NCBI RefSeq assembly: GCF_006345805.1
Contig: NC_043013.1
Coordinates: forward strand, 43,152,001-43,216,000
Direction of reading: 5' to 3'
Source: Octopus sinensis
Lineage: Eukaryota
Length of the DNA: 64,000 bases
Shown: positions 41,901 to 55,281 of the stretch, in pieces
Layout: every line of letters starts with the position of its first letter
Numbering within the stretch: position 1 is the stretch's first letter
Translations under genes and position numbers: made by a program
The notes under the pieces: model-generated
The model's input: only the letters and a program-made list of their open reading frames with translations
The model's database searches: none
Told to the model about the DNA's origin: nothing

Positions 41901-44900
41901 GTTGACAACCGATGCTGGTGTGTTTACATCTCCTGTAACTTAGCGGTTCAGCAAAAGAGACTGATAGAATAAGTACTAGGCTTACAAAGAAAAAGTCGAT
42001 TTGTTCGACTAAAAGGTGGTGCTCCAGCATGGCCACAGCCAAACGACTGAAGCAAATAAAAGAATAAAAGAATACTGGTTTTAGTTCAGAGGTGGATTAA
42101 AACCCAAGAGAGGCCCTTGGCACTTACAAGATTTTGGTGCCTCTCGTATATATGTAATTCAAAATATAAACAATGATAAACCATAAAATAAATTTTCATT
42201 CTTCAAAATGAAACAAAACTAACAGTAAGGTGGAAAATAAACTTTATTTTTGTGTGCTTCCACTTTATTTATATTTGAAAGGTTTTCTACTTTTTTTTAA
42301 ATTGCAGAGTCTTTGATCAGATCCTCAAAATTAATCTTGTGTAACACATCTGCTTCTACACTTAGTAGAGATAAGGCATCCTCAATATTATTTTAGCAAG
42401 TTTAAAGTGATTTCTTTTGTGCTGTAAACCATTTACCATTTCTGTGGTGTTCCCTTCCCTCGATGCCCTAAGCAGGTCCTTATTGTGATTAATGGTTAAT
42501 CCAGCACTACTTTAGTTACTACATGCTGTGAAAAAGCAAGTGTTTTAAGGCCATTTTTCATGCTAAAGCATGGGTTAGCCTTGTGAGCCCATGACGATTT
42601 TCTTGATAGCCTCTACATCCCTCCTTTTCACCAGCCATCATCATCATCATTTCCTGCACACCAGTCATGTGTCTTAGGACTCATAGCACTGGTTTTCCAG
42701 TTCCCATGTAGAATATAATTGAGGAGGAGACCCCCTTTGGTCATGAATGACCAAGTAAGTTACCCCCCCGAGGCACAAGTCTGGGCAAGGCTATTTATGG
42801 AAGACCAGCCGTCACCCATGCATACCAGCCTCCATCTCTGTACCACCAATGTTATCTAATGGAAAGGTAAAGGCCGATACAGCTTGGCATCCGTGACGTC
42901 GCAACTCATTTCTACAGCTGAGTGAACAGGAGCAACGTGAAATAAAGTGTCTTGCTCAAGAACACAACACGCAGCCCAGTCTGGGAATTGAACTCTGAAC
43001 CTCACGATCGTAAGCTCGACACTCTAACCACTGAGCCATGCGCTTTCACACAAATATAATAATATATATAGTATAATAATATAATAACAACAAATGAAAT
43101 AGGCATCTAATTGGCTTTCACGGATGATATGAGGATATCTTACTGTGACAAATGGAAAGACACTGCATTGCAGATCCCAGCAATTCATCTCATCATGGAA
43201 AACTTGAAACTGATCTTCTTTTATCTTCTCTTATTTTCGTCATTGGACTGCGACCATGCTGGGGCACTGCTGTGAGGTGTTTAGTTTAACAAATCAACCT
43301 CAGTACTTATTTTGAAGTCTGCTACTTTTGCTATTGCTCTCTTTTGCTGAACACTTAAGTTACATGGCCATAAACAAACCAACAGCAGTTGTTGAGTGGT
43401 AGTGGGGTGGCAAACATTAAGACACACACAGGCGCGCGCACACACGCACATACACATACACGATGGGCTTTCACAAAGTTTCCATTTAACAAATTCGCTT
43501 GCAAAGCATTGGCTGGCCTAGGGTTGTAGTAGAAGACACTTGTCCAAGGTGTCGCACTGCAGGTCTGAACCCAAAACCACATGGTTGCAAAGCAAGCTTT
43601 CTTAACCATGCAGCCACAACATTTAAACCATGTTAATTTCCCTTCATATCTACAGATAATATTGACTACTACATACAACTATTCAATATGTTAAACTGGA
43701 ATGGAAATTATACAAAAAATAATTTCAGATTTTACTGTGAACAACATTTAGACTTTTACCAGTTGCATTGAGTTTTAAAGGGTTAAATATTTTTGAAATT
43801 ATAATGAAATTATAAGATAGATTATTAAACCAAAATTCTTTTCTTTTTTTTTCCTTTGTAGAATCTGCCAAAACTTGTAATTTGTGGATTACTGGACTCA
43901 AAGCCAATACCAAAGCTGCAAATCTCAAAGCACTGTTTGTCAAACATGGATGGGTTTGTAAATGATTTAAATTAAAAATATAAATATTTATCTGCTTCAC
44001 ATTCAGTTTTAAAATTTCATGTAGATGGTTTAGATTTGTAAAATTTGATCATATAGTCTTCACCACCATCTTCTCTCTTCTCCAATGGGGGAAACCATGT
44101 ATCTCTTTTTTGACTAGACATCTGTTCTTGTCTCTCTATCATATTTAAACTTCTCATTACCTCCTTTGCTATTATCATGAGACGTTTTCGTAGCTGGATT
44201 TTCTATGGGGAGCATGCCCTTGCTTACACCCAACCTCAGTTTCTAGACATCAGTGGTCCCGAGAACAAAGCCCCTACCATGATTTTTAAGAAATTTGATG
44301 GAAAACTAGTTCAGGATGGCTGGGATGCTACTCCCTGAGACCCCTTTCAGAGCCCCGCTGAGCATGTTCTGAAGAGGGTGCTAGATTTTGAGGTAAATGG
44401 ACAGCGAAAGTGAGGTAGACTGAGGAAAATGTGAAGAGGACATGTGGAGGAGAAGATTGGGAGGGTTGGCTTGAGAAGGGAGGACACCCAAAACTGGGCA
44501 AGATAGCGAGATGGTGTGAGGGCAGTTGTATGGTATTGAGGTAGATCTAGCCACCCCTGTTAACAGGGACAAAACCCGGATTCAAAATGATGGATGATGA
44601 TGATATTACCTGGCATAAAGCCGCCTCGCTCCATACTACTCAGTATCGAGGGGTCTTGTCTTGCAAGTTAGTTGGTGACTTCACTGGTGCTGATGCCGTA
44701 TAAAAAGCACCCAGTATACTCTGTGAAGTGGTTGGCATTAGGAAGAGCATCCAGATGTAGAAACTATACCAAAGCAGACATTGAAGCTTGGTACAGTCCA
44801 CCAGTCCACCAGCTCCTGTTGAATCATCCAGCCTATACCAGCTTAGCTCTGCAAAATGATATGGCATTGTCGACTCAGCACAGAAAATGAATGTTAACTG

Positions 44901-47823
44901 ATGATGGTAATGTAGTACCATAGCATTAAGATGAAGATGCTGGATTAATTAACTCTAATCATCATCATTTAATGTCTGCTTTCCATGCTGGTATGGGTTG
45001 GATGGTTTGACAGGGTCTGGCTAGGCAGAAGACTGCACCATGCTTAGCTGTCTCTTTTGGCGTGGTTTTTACGGCTGGATGCCCTTCCTAACACCAACCA
45101 CCCTGCAGAGTAGACTGAGTGCTTTTTATGTCACACCAGTACTCTATTTTAGAAAAACAACTGAACTCTACATTCAAAACACAGGTGTGGCCACTCGGCT
45201 TAGTGGTTAGGGTGTTGAACTCATGATCGTAAGGTTGTGGTTTCGATTCTGGACCAGGTGATGCGTTGTGTTCTTGAGCAAAACACTTCATTTCACGTTG
45301 CTTCGGTCCACTCAGCTGGCAAAAATGAGTAATCCTGCGATGGACCGGCGTCCCGTCCAGTTGGGGAATTTCTACGTCACTGAAACTGGGAAACCGGCCC
45401 TTATGAGCCTGGCATGGCTCGGGAAGGAACAACTCAAAGTGTATGGATGGCCACACCTGTGCTTATAAAATGTATGCAAAATGAACAATTGTCTCATTTA
45501 ATCTCTTTCGTCACCTCATAACCACCTTTTGTCAATGATGGTGGGTTTTCTAACTTTGGTTTTTCTCAATTGTTTTTTTTTTTCCAGGTTGTTGCTGCCA
45601 AAGTTGTGACAACTGCACGGATTCCAAGTCGTCGCTGTTATGGTTTTGTGATTATGGCTTCAACTGAAGACGCAAACAACTGCATCCGTCATCTCAACCA
45701 GACCAAATTCAATGGCACAGTTATTACTGTGAAGATGGTAAGTGGAGCGAAGTGGAGTTGAGTGCTGTCGAATAGGATTGGAGTGGTGATCATTGCTCAA
45801 GAATGTTTTTTTTCTTTTTAATTCGTATGTATGGCTGTGTGGTAAGAAGTTTGCTTCCCAACAACATGGCTTTGGGTTCAATCCCACTACAAGGTACCTT
45901 GGGCAAGTGTCTCCAACTACAGCTCTAGGCTGACAAAAACCTTATAAATGAGTACCAGTCTAATACTGGTGCAGCCCTATCCCTCTCTCCAGCTGTCACA
46001 TCCCCAATGTTCTGCTGGTTGAAGGGACAAGGGGGTGTCTGTATGCTCAGATCTACAATGGCAATCTAAAGCAATTAGCAAAAGCATGGTACATTCACAG
46101 TCATTATTTGCAAGTGTCATACTCACTTGCAAATAATGACTGTGGTTCATATGTGTGTGTGTGTGTGTCTGAAGGCACATGGCTCAGTGGTTAGAGTGTT
46201 AGGCTCACAATGATGAGGTAGTAAGTTTGATTCCCAGACTAGGTTGTGTGTTGTGTTCTTGAGCAAGACACTATTTCACATTGCTTACTTCACTCAGCTT
46301 TAGAAATAAGTTGTGATGTCACTGGTGCCAAGCTGTATCTGCCCCTTTGCCTTTCCCTTGGATAACATTGGCGGTGTGGAGAGGAGAGGCTGGTATGCAT
46401 GGGCGACTACTGGTCTTCCATAAACAACCTTGCCCGGAGGAGAACTTTCTAGGTGTAATCCCATTGTCATTAATTTCTGAAGGGGGTCTTGTATATCATC
46501 ATCATCATCATCATCATTTAGCGTCCGTTCTCCATGCTAGCATGGGTTGGACGGTTCAACTGGGGTCTGTGAAGCTGGAAGGCTTCATCAGGCCCAGTCA
46601 GATCTGGCAGTGTTTCTACGGCTGGATGCCCTTCCTAACGCCAACCACTCCGTGAGTGTAGTGGGTGCTTTTTACGTGCCACCTGCACAGGTGCCAGACA
46701 GAGCTGGCAAACGGCCACGAACGGATGGTGCTTTTACGTGTCACTGGCACGGGGGCCAGGCGAGGCTGGCAACGGACACGAACGGATGGTGCTTTTACGT
46801 GCCACCAACACGGGGGCCAGACAGAGCTGGCAAACGGCCACGAGACGGATGGTGCTTTTACGTGTCACCGGCACGGGGGCCAGGCGAGGCTGGCAACGGA
46901 CACGAACGGATGGTGCTTTTACATGTCACCGACATGGGGGCCAGACAGGGCTGGCAAACGGCCACGAACGGATGGTGCTTTTACATGTCACCGACATGGG
47001 GGCCAGACAGGGCTGGCAAACGGCCACGAACGGATGGTGCTTTTACGTGTCACCGGCACGGGGGCCAGACAGAGCTGGCAAACGGCCACGAACGGATGGT
47101 GCTTTTACGTGTCACTGGCACGGGGGGCAGACAGAGCTGGCAAACGGCCACAAACGGATGGTACTTTTACGTGTCACCGGCACGGGGGCCAGGCCAGGCT
47201 GGCAACGAACACGAACGGATGGTGCTTTTACGTGCCACCTACACGGGGTCCCTGATGTTGATCGACCTCAATTTGGTTTGATCTTGATTTTGACTGTTCT
47301 CACTGGTCTTGCCGGGTTTTAATATAATTATGGTAGTATCAAGTCTGAGACAGAGGGTTCTGCAGTTTCTTACTGAATAACCTGCACAAAATTATCTGTT
47401 TCTAGTGATCAAATGTATGTGCTGTAGATTAGCTCACTGTCTCCATCATGTTGGCATTACCTGTACAGGTGCCACATATCAGGTGTCAAAGTGATCACAA
47501 AGCGACATGAGATAAAATGTTTTTTATTGTAATCACAATCTTATGATGATGGGTGCAACCCCTAATCACTAGACTATGCACCTTATATATTTATAGTGAC
47601 ACAATAAAATGCACACAGACACATGCATACATACACACACACACACACTGTGACAAGACACGTCAGGTTTTGCATATATATATATATACATAAATATGCA
47701 TATATATATATATTTATGTATATTTATGTCATGTATTTGTATATATATATGCATGTATATATATATATATGTGTGTGTGTGTGTATATATATATGCATGT
47801 ATATATGTGGATATATATGTAAG

Positions 47824-47858
<35 letters not shown>

Positions 47859-50800
47859 GTGTCTAGAAAGAAGACTTGAATATATGTGTATATTTTGGTC
47901 TCTGTGTGTGTCTGTGTTTGTACCCCCACCGTTGCTTGACAACCGATGTTGCTGAATTCATGTTCCCATAACTTAGCGGTTTAGCAAAAGACACTGATAG
48001 AATAAGTCCTAGGCTTACAAAGAATAAGTCCTGGGGGTTGATTTCTTTGACTAAAACCCTTTGAGGTGGTGCTCTAGCATGGCTGCAGTCAAATGACTGA
48101 AACAAGTAGAAGAATAGAAGAAAAGTAAAGAAATATATATAAATAAATATATATATATATATATCATCATCATCATCATCGTTTAACGTCCGTTTTCCGC
48201 GCTAGCACGGGTTGGACGGTTTCGACCGGGGTCTGGGGAGCCAGGGACTGCCACAGGCTCCAGTCTGGTCTGGCAGTGTTTCTACAGCTGGATGCCCTTC
48301 CTAACGCCAACCACTCCGCGAGTGTAGTGGGTGCTTTTTACGTGCCACCTGCACAGGTGCCAGAGGGGTCTGGCATCGGCCACGGTCAGTTGGTGCATTT
48401 TTTGTGCCACCTGCACAGAAGCCAGTCGGGGCGGTGCTGGCATCGGCCACGTTCGGATGGTGCTTTTTATGTGGGGGGAGGGTGCAGAAATATAGGGGAG
48501 CACCAGTGGGGAGGGGTGTTCGGAGAAACGATGACAGGTTCTAGACAAGTAGAACGTAGGATATCACGAGAGGGGTAATGCATGGTGAAATAGCGTATTG
48601 AAGAGTGGGGTTCGAAGAGTAGACACCTATAATGGTGGTGGGAGAAGCGACATCCGGTATAGATGGAGCAAAAATATAGAGATATCCGGTATTGGTGGTG
48701 GGGGTGGGCAAGGGCGGGTGCACCGGGAATATGCGAAGGTTGAACTTGACGGGCTGGCACACACACACATACATACATACATACACACACACACTCAAAC
48801 CTATAATGTTTTTGCAGGCCAGAAATGCCTTGGGAATGCAAATACAAAAGAAAGCTGCTGATCCTGCAAAGAAACTGGTTAATACTAAAAAAGAAAGTAA
48901 GTAACATTTTGTTTTGTTTTATTTTTTTGATTTCTTTTGCTTTTTTTTTTTTTGAACCTCCGCCAAAGAAGGAGGTTATGTTTTCATCAGCGTTGGTTTG
49001 TCTGTCTGTCCGTCTGTGTGCAAAATAACTCAAAAAGTTGTGAACGGTAATATAATGAAACTTGCAGGAAAAGTTGTTGGTAACGACATAAGAAACAGAT
49101 GATGAAATTTTGGGAGTGATCCGGAAATTTTTATGGATTCTAGAAAGATTTTTCATTTCTTATATTTGCTTTACATGAAGTATTACAATGCTACATTCTT
49201 TGATTTTTCTCCCTTGAAAACACGTTCATCGTTTCCACGTAACCTAATGGTGGCGTTGCTGTTTCCAAAGTTTATTTTCGTTTCTCTATTGGTGATTTTA
49301 CTCACGTATCTATCTTAAAATGAGCTGCTTGGCAGAGGTCTGTGGAGGATGACATGACAAGCCTTGACTATTGGAATTGACTCAAAAAGCTCAGGTTTTG
49401 CTTCCTCTACTGCTGCTGTTAGCTCTATATTTTCTGTATGATGTGGAAAATATTCTATCAACATTGCCCATCTTTGAAATTTGTCCAAGGCTTGGCCCTT
49501 GTGGCATCCGTCCACTACAGAAATGTTTGGGTCGTATCACAACACTATGACAGAACTATTTCACCTCAATTGGCCCTGCTCTCTTCAGCATCATTGCCAA
49601 ACACACATAAAGGAGGAAAGTGACTTCACGGCATTCAAATGATTCTGAGATGATTACCCCCAACAAATACCAAATAAACCACCCATACCCAGATATGTCT
49701 CTGAAAACAACGACCCTCTGCTTGAATGGGCTACGGTTCCAGGTGCTGCTATTAAATTAGACATGGCCTAAGTCAACTTCGGCCAATATCTATGCCATAA
49801 CCTTTTAATCAAAGTATGACAATGTGGGTAGAGACTGATATCTTAACATTTCTGATGGTCTGAAGTATAAAAAAAATTATTTAAGATTTATATAGAACTA
49901 CATATAAGCTATTGTGTTTAGACCTGCTTTCTATCCTCAAACTGTTCCGTTTTGTAGATTCAATTTCTTTTTTAATAAAGCACTCCAAAATTAGAAAAAT
50001 CAAAAATCTGCAACATGAGTATCGGATAATGGATTTTCAACTGTGTACAGAAACTGGTTGTGGTGATCGTAGTTTCGACGGTGATTGTGGCATACAAAAG
50101 TGCCAAGCACTCCAAGTTAGTAGAGCACCTGAAGGAGGGAAACCAAAGAAGAATTGTGATGAAGTGGTGAAAGCTGACCTGAAGATATACACCTTGTTGA
50201 GGAGGAAAACAAAAGGACTGTACTGATTGTAGTGGTAATATACATACTACAAAAGGCCATTGGCAAAATACGCCTTAACCTTTTTAATACCATCCTCCCT
50301 GAAACCGCCTTCAGTTCTATGATACAAATTCCCTGTGTTAAAGTGATCTAAATGAAAATCTATTAAAATTTCATGTTAATTTGTATTCTAAATACCAGCT
50401 TAAATGATAAAGTTACCGTAAATCCTCGAGTATAGTCCACCCTTGAGTATAATACGCAGGGAATTTTTAGGGGGCTGTACCTCTGAAAAACCTAAACCTT
50501 GTGTATAATATGCACCCCTTCTCTAACTTGAGTCAAGAAGGTCAGTATAACGTCCTTGGTTTGTAAAAATGTATACAGTAATGTCCTTTATTATTATTGT
50601 ATATGCAAACATGTAACTTTTTTGTGCATTTTGTTTGCAGAAAATAAAGAAGTAACAGTAATAGCGTTTAATAAATGTTGCTTACTGCAAGTTATGGATG
50701 ATTCTTTTATGACTTCATTGCTTTCAGGCTTAGCTTAAGGTATTTTTCGTACCTGACATCACAAAATGCATCTGAATAAACATTGCCGGACAGCAAATAG

Positions 50801-51518
50801 AGACTTGGACATTACTTAGAAAATATTTTTCATTTTGAACCTCGTAAATAGTACGCACTAGGGATTTTGACCTTTAAATTTTGGGGAAAAAATGTGGATT
50901 ATACTCGAGGATTTACGGTATCTTACTAAATTTATCTTACTAAATTTTTCATTATTTTCAAAATTAATTGAAACGAAGACAGGATAGTTCAACATAGATA
51001 TGGTAACAAAAGGATTAACACAAAGGTAGAGTTTAAGAAGTTGTAATGTCATCGTCATCATTTTCTAATGTCTACTTTTCCATGCTTTCATACATTGGAC
51101 TAATTTTATTGAGGCAGATATTCTGTGACTGGTGAAACACTGATAATGAAGACTGTTTGAATTTTGTTGCTGTTATTGTTTTGTAGGCAAACCAGCAGAT
51201 GGTACAGAAAAATCCAACAAGGTAGTTAAGAAAAGCCCCCAAAAGACGGAGGGCGAGAAGAAAACTGCTGCAAAGAGCAAGGCTTCTACTCAGAGTAAAT
51301 CTAAATCAGATAAGAAAAATTGGTCCCATGCCTTACTGGATCCTAAAGCCTCCAAGGATCCATGGGCTAAAGCTAAGGTAAGTATTTTAGGCACAGTGCT
51401 TTTATCTGTGTGTGTGTGTGTATGTGGGTAGGGGGGGAACAAGGAGCCTGAAGCATGAAGATATTTGAGATAAATGGTGACTGAATTTAAGTTACTGGAA
51501 TAACTTCCAGCCATGACA

Positions 51519-51563
<45 letters not shown>

Positions 51564-51718
51564 CACAAGCATGGCTGTGTGGTAAGAAGCTTGTTTCCCA
51601 ACCACATGGTTCCAGGTTCAGCCCCACTGTTTGGCACCTTGGGCAAGTGTCTTCTACTATACTGTTGGGCTGATCAAAGCCTTTTGAGTGGATTTGATTG
51701 ATAAGAAGCTCGTATTTA

Positions 51719-51805
<87 letters not shown>

Positions 51806-51960
51806 CACAAGCATGGCTGTGTGGTAAGAAGCTTGTTTCCCAACCACATGGTTCCAGGTTCAGCCCCACTGTTTGGCACCTTGGGCAAGTGTCTTCTACT
51901 ATACTGTTGGGCTGATCAAAGCCTTTTGAGTGGATTTGATTGATAAGAAGCTCGTATTTA

Positions 51961-52033
<73 letters not shown>

Positions 52034-55000
52034 TATACATACATACGCATACAGAGTCTGCTAAAAAATGTATGTGCACTTCAGGAAAGCTCTAGGGTTG
52101 ATGTAATTGATGTGCCTTTCTCTTCAAAACTGTTTGGCCTTGGGTCCGGATGAGAAATATATATATATTTCTAAACAAATCCTTTTCCTATTAAAATTCT
52201 GGTCTTGTGCCCATGTTTGGAACTATTATATTGATTTGTGAAATAAACTGACTTAATTTTGTTGGTGTAGGACACCACTAGTTTCCTCAGACTTCATCAT
52301 CATCATTGTCATCATCAGAGATGGCAAAGAACTGAGATTTTTGATGGTTTGCTGTGCTTGAGAAGACATGGCAAGCTAAGTAAAACTGTGGCTGTCCATG
52401 CATACAGGTTTGTCATGTATGTCCCTCTCTCAGCCAAGAGTGCCGGTGTCATGTAAGTGCGCCTGTGCAGGTGTCACGTAAGAGCGCCTGTGCCGGTGTC
52501 ACGTAAGAGCACCTGTGCCGGTGTCACGTAAGAGCACCTGTGCTGGTGTCACATTAGTGCGTCTGTGCTGGTGTCATGTAAGCTTGCTTGTGCCGGTGTC
52601 ATGTAAGAACACATGTGCTGGTGTCACGTAAGTGCGTCTGTACTGGTGTCACGTAAGAGCGCCTGTGCCCGTACCACGTTAGTGCGCCTGTTTCTGGTGT
52701 CACATAAGCGTGCCTGTACTGGTGTCATGTAAGAACGCCTGTGCTGGTATCACTTTAGTGTGTCTGTGCCAGTGTCATGCAAGAGCGCCTATGTCAGTGT
52801 CATGTTAGAGTGACTGTGTGTCACGTAAGAGCACCTGTGCTGGTGCCACATAAGAGTTCCCGAGCTGGTTTCATGTTAGAGCACCTGTGCCAGTGTCATG
52901 TAGGAGCACCTGTGCCAGTGTCACGTAAGAGCGCCTCTGCCGGTGTCACATAAGAGTTCCCGAGCTGGTTTCATGTTAGAGCACCTGTGCCAGTGTCATG
53001 TAGGAGCACCTGTGCCAGTGTCACGTAAAAGCACTGTGCCAGCGTCACATAAGAGCGCCTGTGCCACTGTTGTGTAAGAGTGTCTGTGCCTTTGCCAGTG
53101 TCACATAAGAATGTCTGTGCTAGTGTCATGTAAGAGCATGATTATGACTTGAGAGATTTTAATTATTATATTTTCTTAATTGTGTACGTGTCCTGCCTTT
53201 TGTGTTGTAGTTTGAAGAAAGCCAAAGAAGGAGGAAAGAAAGGGCAAAAGTCAGGTCCAGTTTACGGCGCCATCGCCCCGTGGAACCACATCGTTCACAT
53301 CACCATAGCCATGGCCATCACCACCGTCTTGCCAATGCTGAGCCCGATATTCCTCCTCACCTACGCGAACGCCGCCGAACAAGTGAGCTCAGGCAGCTAT
53401 TGTCTTCAAGGAGGGAATCCAGCTACGACAAAGAAACTTATAGACTGGAGAAAGCCAGGAAAGAACTTAGGTAAGCCATTACCATCTTTCTGTTTTCTCT
53501 CTCTTTGTCTACTCTTGCTGCTTCTTGATTGAACTCCTGACTAATTTTCTACTTTTTATTTTCTTTTAAATCTTTTACTTGTTTCAGTCATTGGACTGTG
53601 ACCATGTTGAGAGACAACCCTAAAGGGATTACTTCAGTGTTTCATAACCATTTTTTTGCCTATGAACCCCTTTGATTTCTATTTTGCTCAGCTGGACCCT
53701 CCTAGTCATTTGGTGTTAAAAAAAAGATCCTATTACATTTTTATAATTAAATATTATTAGAAGATGGATAAAAATAATTATCAAAATATTCTGTATATTG
53801 TAAAAGTATAATTGATTTATTGCAGATAAATTTCAACAAACAAACCATATATGGACCCACCCTCCATGGCCATGTAGACCCCATTGAGAACCACTGGCTT
53901 AATTGAACAAATTGACCTCAGTACTATTTTTTAAAGCTTGGTACTTAAGTCTACTGGTTTTTTTGTTGTTGAATCGATCGCTAATTTACAGGGTTTTAAA
54001 CAAACCAACACTGGTTGTTGAGTGGTGGTGGGGGAACAAACACATGACCCATATTCCACAGCCGAAGTATTAAGACTGGTCTCTCTGGCAGTGAAAAGCA
54101 CTCATGGCAGTGTCACGTAAAAGCACCTGGTGCAATGTAAATGTGCATAGGGCCACATAAAAGCACATGGGTTCCATGTGAAAGTGCCCATGTGGTGTCA
54201 CTCTGTAAAGTGTTTGGTGTTAGGAAGGGCCTCCGGTCATAGAAGCCATGCCAAATCACACTGGAGCTCCCCAGCTTGCCAGCATGGCCAGTGGATGTTA
54301 AATGATGATGAGGATCACACACACACACTTCTTTCAGTTTCCACCTACCAAATCCACTCACAAGGCTTTGGTCAGCCCGAGGCTGTAGTAGAAGACACTT
54401 GTCCAAGGTGCCATGCAGTGGGACTGAACCCGGAACCATGTGGTTAGGAAGTGAACTTCTTACCATACAGCCATGCCTGTGTCTTGCCAAAACAATACAG
54501 ACGAAAAATAAATGGTTCAAGCTTTGTTGAGATTATTGGCGGACGGGGAGGGTGAGTGGGTCACATACAATATGTCTGAAGAAAAAATGGGTTGGCTATG
54601 AGCTGAAATGCTTCTTACCATGAGCTCAAGAACAACGCGTGCACACACACACACACACACAACCTCATACACATGGTCTCACACATGCACACACAACCTC
54701 ACATATGCACAGCCTCACACATACACATGCACACACACACACACACACACAACCTCATACACATGGTCTCACACATGCACACACAACCTCACATATGCAC
54801 AGCCTCACACATACACATGCACACACACACACACACACAACCTCATACACATGGTCTCACACATGCACACACAACCTCACATATGCACAGCCTCACACAT
54901 ACACATGCACACACACACACACACACACAATCTCTCTTGCACACAACCTCGTTTACATCGTCTCACACATACACACATGCAACCTCACACACAACTTCAC

Positions 55001-55237
55001 ATGTGCACACAACCTTTCATATGCACAGCCTCACACACACACTCACACATGCACACACACATGCAATCTCTCACACAACCTCATACACACGGTCTCACAC
55101 ATACACACATGCAACCTCTCACACACAACTTCACATGCGCACATAACCTCACATATGCACAGCCTCACACATACGCATGCACACACAATATCTCTCATAC
55201 ACAACCTCATACACAGTCTCACACATGCACACATGCA

Positions 55238-55281
<44 letters not shown>

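Noticed and set aside
46547-47322. Three overlapping 194-244 aa ORFs and a CRISPR-like appearance
   Set aside because: This is a stop-free tandem minisatellite. There are no unique spacers and no cas genes, and the context is a eukaryotic intron.
48467-49156. 229-aa minus-strand ORF
   Set aside because: It is a chance read-through of a Helentron-like element, antisense exon 13 and a microsatellite, with no recognisable domain.
53149-53532. 127-aa hydrophobic ORF overlapping exon 15
   Set aside because: It is an alternative frame incompatible with the flanking splice phases.
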